A stretch of 24,074 bases of DNA from an uncultured bacterium (GCA_963780225.1 CAWAAX010000012.1:1-24074), one strand, 5' to 3'. Numbered from the stretch's first letter, positions 8,556 through 17,261 are shown. Numbers and translations are program-made. Notes: generated from the sequence alone by a model not told the origin.

Positions 8556-9620
8556 TCAGTTTCGTTCCACTGCCTTCAACTCAAATATCTGTCCATCCCC
8601 GGAAACCCCGTACTGCAGTAGGTATAAATACCTCCGGTCCTTTACCACCTGCCCCAGTTCCTCCGGGTAGCGCCCGTTGAGCATCTTGTATATCTCGATC
8701 TCCTGCTGGTACTTGCTGTGGGCAGATTTCAAAAGCAGTTCGTCCACCAGGTTGATCCTGGAATCCAGCAACAGGCTGATCTTGTATCCCCCGAAGACCG
8801 AGGCAGTCAAAAAGATCAGAACTATACCAATGGTGGCCATCATGGTGGTGGCCGGCCCCACATATTTCAACAACGGGGACGGAGCCTTGGGCTTGGGCGC
8901 GGGCAGGGAAGCGGTCTCGGTGACCTTGCGCTCGATCATCCCCAGCTCGAACAGATGGAACAAGGCGTTGAAGGTCCGGAAGCGCCCGAACCCAGAGAGC
9001 TGGATCATCTCCGAGATGGTCCGCTGGCCGTCGATGAATTCCATCATCTGTTTGGCCTCGGGCAGGGCATCGTAGGGCAGTATGCCGTCGGGCTTGATCA
9101 ACAGCACTATGTCTTCCGACGGTATGGCCATCTTTATCCGGGGCCACTCGTCCTTGCGGCGCATGGCTTCCATCAAGAGCGTAGCCGGCGGGATGGTAAG
9201 CTTGGTGCGGCTCTTGGCGTAGAGGTCGGCCTGGGCATCGAATGTATAGTGGGCGTCGCTCCAGGTGAAGATGTCGTCGATCACCTCCTGGATCTTGAAG
9301 GCGATCACCCCGAACAGCTCCTCCTCGGTCATGATCTGCTCCTTGAGCATCACCTCGTCTATGCTCAGGTTGGTGTCCTTCTGGATCTGGGTCAGCTTTT
9401 GAATGGCGGCGGGGTCCAGCTTCTTGGAGCGGAACAGGTAATCCTGCAACTGGTCCTGCTTGCCCTGCCGGCCGTAGACCGCGGCGGTGATGTCGCCGTT
9501 GGCGAAAGCGATGGAGGCGGTGTCGGTATGATGGTCCAGCAGCAGCACCCCGGTCTTCTGGCTGGTGGAGATGAATTGGATGACGTCGGCCAGGCCGAAT
9601 TCTTTTACATTACCTTCCAT
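8556..9620 (-). CDS. DUF4388 (PATAN-like) domain membrane protein with C-terminal pseudopilin-like segment, 354 aa
   Basis: N-terminus MEGNVKEFGLADVIQFIS...KTGVL...IAFANGDITAA, FTWSDAHYTF, LLMEAMRRKDEW, winged-helix-like IDGQRTISEM, one TM, then IEIYKMLNGRYPEEL. Start moved to 9620 because of AAGGAGG 6 nt upstream. Confidence 0.82.
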   Translation of the reverse strand: MEGNVKEFGLADVIQFISTSQKTGVLLLDHHTDTASIAFANGDITAAVYGRQGKQDQLQDYLFRSKKLDPAAIQKLTQIQKDTNLSIDEVMLKEQIMTEEELFGVIAFKIQEVIDDIFTWSDAHYTFDAQADLYAKSRTKLTIPPATLLMEAMRRKDEWPRIKMAIPSEDIVLLIKPDGILPYDALPEAKQMMEFIDGQRTISEMIQLSGFGRFRTFNALFHLFELGMIERKVTETASLPAPKPKAPSPLLKYVGPATTMMATIGIVLIFLTASVFGGYKISLLLDSRINLVDELLLKSAHSKYQQEIEIYKMLNGRYPEELGQVVKDRRYLYLLQYGVSGDGQIFELKAVERN

Positions 9621-11598
9621 GGACATCCTCCTTTGATTTATGGGTCGGCGGGGCCAGTATTCCGGCATGTTTCAGGAAGACAATCCAAGTAAATAACCAG
9701 CTCAGGGTCAACAGGCTCATCATCAGCCAGCCCGGGCCGGTCTGAAATAGGTAATACTGCAGGTCCTGGGGGAAAAGCAAAAGATTCAAGCCGCAGAGTA
9801 TGGCATATATTCCGCCCCAAAGAAAGGCCAGCAGCAGGGCCAAAGCCGTCATGTTCTCCAGCAGCAGTACAGATCCCGGAACCAGCAGGTTGGAGATAAC
9901 ACCGGTCCAAACCTTGCGTCTGACCTTTTTTAACTTCAACTTGGCGGTCATTGTTTCCTGCAATTCCGGCGAAGTGGCGGCCGAGATCACCTGGTGGCAA
10001 TCGGGGCATAGCAGGTCCTGCTGGGCGGATGTCTTCTGGCATTGGGAACAGGCCGCCTTGCCGCAAACCGAACAGCGAACCGTTGCCGGGCCCTTAAAAA
10101 AGACTATCACCACTATCAGCGCCAAACACAGCAGCGCCAGCCCCAGCCATCCAGGCAGCCACAGGTTTAAGCCCGTCAGGCTGGCGGACTCAGCCGGGCT
10201 GAAGCCCGACAAAGGGTCCAACCCCAGCCAGACCTGGCCCCAGAAATAGGAGGCGGGAATCAATTCGTCCAGCACCAGTCCGGCATCTTGGAATCCGGCT
10301 CTCGCTGATATTCCGTCCCGGTCCAAGGTCAGGGCGTATTCCCGTTCCTGGTCGGCGGCCTTGAAATTCACCTGCTTAAAATATACCTGGGCCAGATTGT
10401 AATGGGGCAGGGCCGCCGCCGGATCGGCCTGGATGGCCTGACGGTAAAAGTCAGCGGCTGAATATAGTTTTCCCTGGTAAAACAACAAATTACCCAGGTT
10501 GTTCAAGGCTTTGGAATTCTGTCCCCCGGCCGCCAGCAGGGTATCCAGGTATTGCCGGGCCTGAGCAAAATTGCCGGCTCGTTTTTCCATCAGGGCCAGG
10601 CAGAACAGAGGAGTCAGGTCGTCAGCGCTTTGCTGCTGATATTCCGCCATTTGCGCCTTGAGTCCGGCATCCGGTCCAGACTGGTTGGCCCGGGCCACTG
10701 TCTGCAGATGATCATCATTAAGATTGACGAACAGATGCCTTCCGGCGGTCAAACCCAGACCGGCGGCCGCCAAAAGGACCACCGCCAAAAGCAATAAGAC
10801 CTTTTCCCTGCGGGAGGCGTAAACCGAGGCCGCGATGGCCAGCAGGGCCGCCGGCAGCGCCAGACTGATGAACCCCAAGATCAGACATAAAGAAACCAGC
10901 AGAGCGGCAGTGATCAGGCGGCGGCTGTATTTGGGCATGGCCTCCGCCAGCAGGTCGCTGAAAACATGGTGCAGGTACGGCAGGTATTTCACCGCTAAAA
11001 ACAGCAGGAAGATAAGGCTGGAAATCAAAAGAAAAATTGAGACCAGGATCAAGGCTTTGGCGGTAAAACTCAACTGGTGCCAGAAATATTTTTGGGCGTA
11101 GTTAAAGTTTTGCCAGGAATCCTTGAGGGCCTGGCTGAATCCGGACCGGCTCTGCTGGATCATAAAATCATTATAGATCAGCCCGGGATAAGCGGGATCG
11201 GCCTTGAGGGCCAGCTGGGAATAGCGGTAAGCCATGGTCCGATTCCGTTCCCGCAAGGCCTGGCGCGAAAGATTCTTAAGATATCCGGCCTGCAGGGGCA
11301 GACGGATATCCAATGCCGCGGCCTTGGCCAGGGCCGAATCAGCCAGATCCAAAGCTTGTTCAATGGAATCGCCCCCGCTTGCTTCGGGGTAAACGCCCAA
11401 AGCCGCCTGGCTTTTCTGCCACAACAGGGGCCAGTCCAGCAGACGGTAAAAGGCCTGGCTGTCGGCCGAAACTTTCGCGGGCACCACCGTTTGGACAGGC
11501 GGCGCTTCCTGGGTTTCTTCCTCCCCGTCCTGGGAAAAGCAGGGAACTGCGGACAGGATCAGGACGGTCAGGAACAACAGAATTCTTTTTTTCAGCAT
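9610..11598 (-). CDS. Multi-pass membrane tetratricopeptide repeat protein with Cys-cluster (zinc-finger-like) segment, 662 aa
   Basis: Signal peptide MLKKRILLFLTVLILSAVPCFSQ, TPRs (ALNNLGNLLFYQG, PHYNLAQVY), several TMs, CSVCGKAACSQC-x10-CPDC. Start set at 11598 because the upstream in-frame extension overlaps the promoter. Confidence 0.85.
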   Translation of the reverse strand: MLKKRILLFLTVLILSAVPCFSQDGEEETQEAPPVQTVVPAKVSADSQAFYRLLDWPLLWQKSQAALGVYPEASGGDSIEQALDLADSALAKAAALDIRLPLQAGYLKNLSRQALRERNRTMAYRYSQLALKADPAYPGLIYNDFMIQQSRSGFSQALKDSWQNFNYAQKYFWHQLSFTAKALILVSIFLLISSLIFLLFLAVKYLPYLHHVFSDLLAEAMPKYSRRLITAALLVSLCLILGFISLALPAALLAIAASVYASRREKVLLLLAVVLLAAAGLGLTAGRHLFVNLNDDHLQTVARANQSGPDAGLKAQMAEYQQQSADDLTPLFCLALMEKRAGNFAQARQYLDTLLAAGGQNSKALNNLGNLLFYQGKLYSAADFYRQAIQADPAAALPHYNLAQVYFKQVNFKAADQEREYALTLDRDGISARAGFQDAGLVLDELIPASYFWGQVWLGLDPLSGFSPAESASLTGLNLWLPGWLGLALLCLALIVVIVFFKGPATVRCSVCGKAACSQCQKTSAQQDLLCPDCHQVISAATSPELQETMTAKLKLKKVRRKVWTGVISNLLVPGSVLLLENMTALALLLAFLWGGIYAILCGLNLLLFPQDLQYYLFQTGPGWLMMSLLTLSWLFTWIVFLKHAGILAPPTHKSKEDVHGR

Positions 11599-11637
11599 AA
11601 ATGGATTTGGGTTGTAAGTTTTATAATCATATGTAAA

Positions 11638-11666
11638 ATGATAGGTTAAAGCACGCCATAAGTCAA
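11638..11666 (-). promoter_or_regulatory. Putative sigma70 promoter for the TPR-DUF4388 operon
   Basis: TTGACT-N17-TATCAT on the minus strand. Confidence 0.65.
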
Positions 11667-11694
11667 GCAAAAAATCCAAAATATTTCCAGGACC

Positions 11695-11743
11695 TTGTGT
11701 AAATGTTTTTTTGGTGTTATACTGATTTGATGAACATCATCAA
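11695..11743 (+). promoter_or_regulatory. Putative copA promoter with candidate operator
   Basis: TTGTGT-N17-TATACT with extended -10 TGn, followed by inverted repeat TTGATGA-aca-TCATCAA (11727-11743). Confidence 0.55.
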
Positions 11744-11804
11744 CGGGCATTGGCGCAGGCCCGGACAGGGAACTTTCATGGCAGATAGTAAGCAAAGGAC
11801 GATC

Positions 11805-14036
11805 ATGGACAAGATAGAGATACCGGTCAGTGGAATGCACTGCGCTTCCTGCGTCAACAACGTGGAGCAATATCTCAAGCGGCTGAAGGGGGTGCAGGCG
11901 GTGGCGGTTAACCTGGCCACGGAAAAGGCCATGATCGAATACGACCCCGGACTGATCACGGTCCCGGCAATCGTGCAAGCAGTGAGAGATGCGGGGTACG
12001 AGGTTCCCGAAACGCAGGCCGTCGCGGAAGGTGCCCGGCCGCTTCAAGCCCAGTTGTTGGAGGGACAGCGGGATAAATATTATCTGTCTCTCAAAAAAAG
12101 GTTTCTGTTTGCCTTGGCATTTTCCGTTCCTTTGTTCCTGGGCGGGATGCACATGTTCCTGCCCTTCCTGCCCGGCTGGCTGCACAGTCCCTGGCTGATG
12201 CTGGCCCTGGCCGCCCCGGTCCAGTTCTTCTCGGGCTGGCTGTTTTACAAGGGACTTTGGGCCTCGGTCAAAAGGCGCAATGCGGACATGGACACCCTGG
12301 TGGCGGTGGGCACCTCGGCCGCCTTCGGCTACAGCCTGCTGGCCACGGTGTTCCCGGGTTTCTTTGCCCAGGCCGGACTGCAGCAGGCCTATTATTACGA
12401 TTCCTCGGCGGTGATCATCACTTTGATACTGCTGGGCCGGATGCTGGAGGCCGGGGCCCGGGGCAGGACCTCCCAGGCCATCAAGCGCCTGATAGGACTG
12501 CAGGCCAAAACCGCCCGGGTGGTCAAAGATGGCCGGGAGACGGAGATTCCCATCGGGCAGGTGGCAGCCGGGGACATCATCTCGGTCCGGCCGGGCGAGC
12601 GGGTGGCCGCCGACGGCGTGATCCTGGAGGGTTTCTCGTCCCTGGACGAATCCATGATCACCGGGGAAAGCATTCCGGTTGACAAGGCGTCCGGGGACAA
12701 GGTGACCGGAGGCACCATCAACAAGACCGGGGCCTTCCGGTTCCAGGCCCAAAAAGTGGGGCGGGAGACCGTGCTGGCCCAGATCATCAAACTGGTGGAG
12801 GAGGCCCAGGGCAGCAAGGCCCCCATCCAGCGGCTGGCCGACAAGATCGCCTCGGTCTTCGTCCCCATCGTCATGGCCGTGGCCGCCTTGACCTTCATCC
12901 TGTGGCTGATATTCGGTCCGTCCTTCAACCTGGCCCTGATCAACGCGGTGGCGGTGCTGGTGATCGCCTGCCCCTGCGCCCTGGGCCTGGCCACTCCCAC
13001 CGCCATCATGGTGGGGACCGGGCGTGGGGCGGAACTGGGCATCCTGATCCGGCGGGGGGAGATCCTGGAAAAGGCCGGGAGCCTGGACACCATCGTCTTC
13101 GACAAGACCGGGACCCTGACCACCGGAAGGATCACCGTCACCAATGTGGCGGTGTCGCCGGATCTGGACGAGGAGCAGCTGCTGGCCCTGGCCGCCTCGG
13201 CCGAAAGTTTTTCCGAACATCCCATCGGCCAGGCGGTGGCCGACTATGCCCGGATGAAGAGAATTGAAATCCCCAGCTCTTCCGGCTTCAAAGCCCTGCC
13301 CGGCGCGGGGCTGAGTTGTCAGGTGAACGGCAGAGCGGTTGTGATAGGCAACCGGGTGCTGATGGATCAGACCGGGGTGGATTTTCCCACCTTGGAAAAA
13401 TTAGCCGCCCGGCTGCAGCAGGAGGGAAAGACAGTCATCTATATGGCCGTAGATGGAGCCCCGGCCGGGATAATTGCGGTGGCCGATACCCTTAGGGATA
13501 ACGCCCCCCAAGCCGTTTCCAGCCTGAAGGCCTTGGGGCTGAAGACCGCCATGATCACCGGTGATCATAAGGAAGTGGCCTCGGCCATCGCCGGACAGCT
13601 GGGGATGGACAAAACCATCTCCGAGGTCCTGCCCCGGGATAAGGCGGAGGAGATCAGGAAACTGCAGGCCGGAAGTTCGGTGGTGGCCATGGTGGGCGAC
13701 GGCATCAACGACGCCCCGGCTTTGGCCCAGGCCGATATAGGAATTGCGATGGGCCGGGGAACGGATGTGGCCATAGAATCGGCCGATGTGATCCTGATGG
13801 GGGATGACCTGAACCTGATCCTCAAGACCATCCGGCTGTCCCGGTCCACCCTGAAGGTCATCAAGCAGAACCTGTTCTGGGCCTTCTTCTACAATGTCAT
13901 CGGGATTCCCATTGCCGCCGGACTGCTCTATCCTTTCTTCGGCATATTGCTCAACCCGATGTTCGCAGCTTTGGCCATGGCCTTTTCCTCGGTCAGCGTG
14001 GTCAGCAACAGTCTTAGGCTGAAGCGCTGGAAGTAA
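11805..14036 (+). CDS. copA: Copper(I)-translocating P1B-1 type ATPase, 743 aa
   Basis: HMA GMHCASC, TGES, CPCALGL, DKTGT, SEHP, GDGIND, and Cu(I)-type YN and MAFSS motifs. SD AAAGGA precedes ATG 11805. Alternative start at 11778. Confidence 0.95.
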   Translation: MDKIEIPVSGMHCASCVNNVEQYLKRLKGVQAVAVNLATEKAMIEYDPGLITVPAIVQAVRDAGYEVPETQAVAEGARPLQAQLLEGQRDKYYLSLKKRFLFALAFSVPLFLGGMHMFLPFLPGWLHSPWLMLALAAPVQFFSGWLFYKGLWASVKRRNADMDTLVAVGTSAAFGYSLLATVFPGFFAQAGLQQAYYYDSSAVIITLILLGRMLEAGARGRTSQAIKRLIGLQAKTARVVKDGRETEIPIGQVAAGDIISVRPGERVAADGVILEGFSSLDESMITGESIPVDKASGDKVTGGTINKTGAFRFQAQKVGRETVLAQIIKLVEEAQGSKAPIQRLADKIASVFVPIVMAVAALTFILWLIFGPSFNLALINAVAVLVIACPCALGLATPTAIMVGTGRGAELGILIRRGEILEKAGSLDTIVFDKTGTLTTGRITVTNVAVSPDLDEEQLLALAASAESFSEHPIGQAVADYARMKRIEIPSSSGFKALPGAGLSCQVNGRAVVIGNRVLMDQTGVDFPTLEKLAARLQQEGKTVIYMAVDGAPAGIIAVADTLRDNAPQAVSSLKALGLKTAMITGDHKEVASAIAGQLGMDKTISEVLPRDKAEEIRKLQAGSSVVAMVGDGINDAPALAQADIGIAMGRGTDVAIESADVILMGDDLNLILKTIRLSRSTLKVIKQNLFWAFFYNVIGIPIAAGLLYPFFGILLNPMFAALAMAFSSVSVVSNSLRLKRWK

Positions 14037-14096
14037 AATTATAGTTACCAAGGAATTTGATCAATAACAGGATCATAGAATACGCCCATAATACTA

Positions 14097-14182
14097 TTAT
14101 AAGGAAACCAGGAATACAGGAATCTATAAAGGCTTTTCCAGTCTATGACTCATGGTTTCATGGATTCATGGATTCCTAATAA
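14097..14182. repeat. Imperfect inverted-repeat element built of 8-nt tandem units (family 1)
   Basis: Left arm TTATA-AGGAAACC-AGGAATAC-AGGAAT. Right arm TCATGGTT-TCATGGAT-TCATGGAT-TCCTAATAA. 21/27 complementary. Confidence 0.7.
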
Positions 14183-14204
14183 AAATGCTCACATCTATTA
14201 TAAC

Positions 14205-14244
14205 AAACAAAGAACCCGGCCTTTAACGGCCGGGTTCTTGTTTT
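14205..14244. terminator. Bidirectional terminator overlapping the HAD gene stop
   Basis: AAGAACCCGGCC-tttaac-GGCCGGGTTCTT followed by GTTTT, with an A-rich 5' flank. Confidence 0.75.
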
Positions 14245-14960
14245 AAATGTCGTGTAAGACCTGCTACGCTCTTTATTCTTTTTATGTGGAGTGGAGACTT
14301 TTGCCCCGGTTGTTCGATCCAGACAACCTGCATTCCTGCTTTTAACGCCCCCTGGACGTCGTTCTTCAGGTCGTCCCCCACATGCAGGGCAGAGCCGGCC
14401 GGGCATTCCAAGGCCTTTAAGGCCAGCTGGAAGATCTTAGCGTCCGGCTTGCGGGCTATTGTCTCGTCCGAGAACAGGGCAACATCAAAATATTTCAGCA
14501 GACGGTATCTGGTCAGCAGTTTTCTCAAAACGAAACCCGGGGTGCGGCCGGTGTTGCAGATCAGGCCGATCTTATATCCGTCCTTGCACAATCCCTGCAA
14601 GACCTGATCGGCTCCTTTTATCATCCGGGGCGGGTACAGCAGAACAGCCTTAGCGTAATGCTCACCGATCTCCCTTATAGCCACGGAATTCAGAGCCTTG
14701 ACCAGTCCCGGCTGGGCCAGGTTAAGGAAAAGATTTACCTGATCATCGAAAGAAATGTCCCTGGCCCGCTCCCATTTTTTCCGGCAGCTTTCCCAAACCG
14801 CATGATGGGCCAGTTCCAGCTCTTTCCGGGACACATCAAAGCCGGCCCGGCGCAGGATGTGATGCGCCCGTTCCACCCGGTAAACAGAGCGCTTTTTGTC
14901 CAGAGCCTTGGAGTCGGCTATCAGGGTCTCCCAAAGATCAAAGGTTATCGCTTGGTGCAT
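14223..14960 (-). CDS. HAD superfamily hydrolase (subfamily IA), 245 aa
   Basis: Motif I FDLWETL, motif II ICNT, motif III RKP, motif IV HVGDDLKNDV. Confidence 0.92.
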   Translation of the reverse strand: MHQAITFDLWETLIADSKALDKKRSVYRVERAHHILRRAGFDVSRKELELAHHAVWESCRKKWERARDISFDDQVNLFLNLAQPGLVKALNSVAIREIGEHYAKAVLLYPPRMIKGADQVLQGLCKDGYKIGLICNTGRTPGFVLRKLLTRYRLLKYFDVALFSDETIARKPDAKIFQLALKALECPAGSALHVGDDLKNDVQGALKAGMQVVWIEQPGQKSPLHIKRIKSVAGLTRHLKQEPGR

Positions 14961-15050
14961 AATAAATTCTACAACCTCAGAGAGACAGGATTATAAATGT
15001 TCAGGCCACGGGAAAATGGCATCTATGCTTTACGCTCATTATTCTATTTC

Positions 15051-15247
15051 TATTGCCACGAGCTTTAGCTCGTGGCTGAAGGAGCAAAAATAATCTCTTG
15101 GGGTTTCAACCCCGCTTGTCGGCCTGCGGCGGAGATGGTGAATTCATATTCTGATACAGACAGAGTAATCTCTTTAATTGCCTCTTTGGGGCTAAAGCCC
15201 TCTGGGTTAATATGATTGCTTGCCACGGCCTTAAGGCCGTGGCAATA
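15051..15247. repeat. REP-doublet/REPIN-like non-autonomous palindromic element
   Basis: 10-bp terminal inverted repeats TATTGCCACG/CGTGGCAATA. Each arm has a 9-11 bp hairpin with TTTA/TTAA loop plus an inner short G/C hairpin (GGGGTTTCAACCCC; GGGCTAAAGCCC). Confidence 0.75.
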
Positions 15248-15389
15248 TGGTTGACCCTGTTGGCAGAAATGCGAAAACACGGAAAAACACAAAAGGTCAA
15301 ACATTTCGCCGGTTTCGTGTGTTTTTCACCATTATCAGGGTAGTGCCCATAGGCGGATAGGCGTGGGGAAGATCTTAGGGAAAGTACTC

Positions 15390-17261
15390 TCAGGCCGACA
15401 GCTCGTCCAGTTTGGCGGACAGGGCCGCCTGCTCCTTTTCGCTCAGGGGCAGGTCGTGGCAGGTAAGAGAGAATAACAGCAGGGTGATCCGGGAAAGATC
15501 GCTGCGGCAGACCGACAGCACCTGGTAGTTGCCGGCCAGGGCCATTACTCTGACCAACAGATCCGAGCCCGAAGGCAGGGCCACCGCCAGGGCGGTATAC
15601 TGGTCCTGGTCCGAGGTCATTTGAAGGTTCTGCAGTCGGTAGCTTATTTTATTTAAACCGGGATCCTGTTTTTCGATCTGCCGCCAGAGCTTGAGCTGGG
15701 AAAAGACCGCGCTGTCAGGGATCTCGGGGTTCAGCAGGCATTTGTCCCCCAGGTTATAGAACAGGGATTTGATCTCCATCACCGGCAGCTTCTCCTGCTG
15801 GGCCAGCTCCACCACCGCCGCCAGCCGCATCTGGCGTAAGGCCCGGCTGGTGCGGTCAAAAATCCTGAGCCGGGGGCCAAAGATAGGGATGTTCCGGATT
15901 GTCCGTTCTACGATGGTGTAGATCTCCTCCTCGTTAAACAAGCCGCCGGCGGGGAACAGGATCTTGCGGTCTATCCAAATGTCGATGATGGATATCTCCT
16001 GAATAACTTCATGACCGTTCTGGCTGTGGCTTAAATGGCTGGGCTTGTCGGGCATGGCCGCCGAAAGGCCTGGCACAGCGGAGAGGGCGGCCACCAAGTT
16101 CAAACCCTGTCCGGCATCGGCCCCTGAGGCCACTGCGATCAGCTTGAAATTATCCGGGGCGTGGGGATGGATGTATCCCTGGGGGATCTTCAGCTCCCGC
16201 TCCTCGTCCAGCATGGGGGGCACTATCTTCCTTCGGACCAGTTCCACTCCCGGGGTGGGCCCCAGGGCTTCCCGGGAAGTGGGCGGAGATTTGATCCTGG
16301 CCTCCAGGCTTTTGGCGGCCTGGGAACCCAGGGGCTTGTCGTCCTGTCCGGTGATCTCCAGATGGTAGACCGACAGCTTGTCGGTGGTAAAATAGGCGTA
16401 GTCGTCATAGCGGCGGTACCCGGGCAGTTCCTGGTCGATCAGCCGCAGCAGCAACTCGTAGGTCAGCCAGGTCTCTTTGGTGATTATGGTCAGGGCTGTC
16501 AGTTCCTTGTGGCCGAAGGGAATCGGTCCAATGTCGATCTCGGTGGCCGAAAGCCCCTGGCGGATCCGGCTTTTCAGCTGGAAGTTGACCAGTACTTGGT
16601 GGGCAATGGCCTCCAGCGGCCTTTGGTTGATGTAGGATTCCTGGCGGGCCACGAAGAACTTTATGGCCTCGCCGTTGTCGCCCATTATTTCCTTGAGGTC
16701 CTGCTCGTTGACCTGTTTCTTCAGCGCGTCGGTGACGGCGGTGAAGGCGTAGAGCCGCCGCGATTCCTGGCGCTGCAGGGTCTTCTTGGCCTCGTCGTCG
16801 GCCGCGATCCGGGCCAGCCGTTCCTGGACCTTGCCCCGGGCCCGGTCCAAAGCCTGCTTGGTCAGGTTGGGGCTGACCTCCACCTCCATCAGGATCACCC
16901 CCAGCTTCTGGCGCTCCCGGCGCAGGATGAAGCCGTGGGTGTAGGCGATGTTCAGCCCGGCCTCGTGCACCGTTCCCAGGCAGGCGTCGGCCAGGCCGGC
17001 CCAGTCCGGGGCCAGCACCCCGAACAGCAGGGATGGCAGGGCCTCGGTTTTTTCCTCCTGCTGTACTTTTTCGGTGATGACATGGGCGGTGCCGGGGGAC
17101 TGCTCATCTTCACTTAAAAGGCGGACCAGCAAGGCCCGCTCCTGGGCGGTCAGTCTTTCGGCATAAGCCGTGCCCAGGCGGATCTGGCGGTTATACTCCG
17201 CGATCTGGCGGGGCTTAAGCCCGGAGTCCAAAAGATAAGGGGATAGTAAGGAAAGCTTCAT
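15390..17261 (-). CDS. Hypothetical protein with repeated GlnD-like ACT domains, 623 aa
   Basis: Long ORF with host-like codon usage. Segments LAPDWAGLADACLGTVHEAGLNIAYTHGF and LTALTII...DDYAYFTTDKLSVYHLEITGQDDKPL resemble GlnD ACT domains. ORF reality is high confidence, the domain call moderate. Confidence 0.6.
   Translation of the reverse strand: MKLSLLSPYLLDSGLKPRQIAEYNRQIRLGTAYAERLTAQERALLVRLLSEDEQSPGTAHVITEKVQQEEKTEALPSLLFGVLAPDWAGLADACLGTVHEAGLNIAYTHGFILRRERQKLGVILMEVEVSPNLTKQALDRARGKVQERLARIAADDEAKKTLQRQESRRLYAFTAVTDALKKQVNEQDLKEIMGDNGEAIKFFVARQESYINQRPLEAIAHQVLVNFQLKSRIRQGLSATEIDIGPIPFGHKELTALTIITKETWLTYELLLRLIDQELPGYRRYDDYAYFTTDKLSVYHLEITGQDDKPLGSQAAKSLEARIKSPPTSREALGPTPGVELVRRKIVPPMLDEERELKIPQGYIHPHAPDNFKLIAVASGADAGQGLNLVAALSAVPGLSAAMPDKPSHLSHSQNGHEVIQEISIIDIWIDRKILFPAGGLFNEEEIYTIVERTIRNIPIFGPRLRIFDRTSRALRQMRLAAVVELAQQEKLPVMEIKSLFYNLGDKCLLNPEIPDSAVFSQLKLWRQIEKQDPGLNKISYRLQNLQMTSDQDQYTALAVALPSGSDLLVRVMALAGNYQVLSVCRSDLSRITLLLFSLTCHDLPLSEKEQAALSAKLDELSA

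Noticed and set aside
11599..11804. Upstream start extensions for the TPR gene (11679) and copA (11703)
   Set aside because: They overlap the predicted divergent promoters. Downstream ATGs give a proper signal peptide or SD. The same logic was applied to 9668 and 17423.
11646..13225. Long antisense ORFs (524 aa and 276 aa) opposite copA
   Set aside because: Shadow frames of a GC3-rich gene with no recognisable motifs. The same applies to other antisense or alternate-frame ORFs such as 160-963, 1793-3214, 8718-9692, 16161-17117 and 22495-23463.
14097..14182. Possible CRISPR array or Cas-associated repeat
   Set aside because: Units are 8 nt, directly tandem, without unique spacers. No cas genes are present.
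15065..15304. Small ORFs (79 aa, 64 aa) in the HAD/ACT-protein spacer
   Set aside because: They run through palindromic repeats, start with TTG or lack an SD, and have no protein-like motifs.
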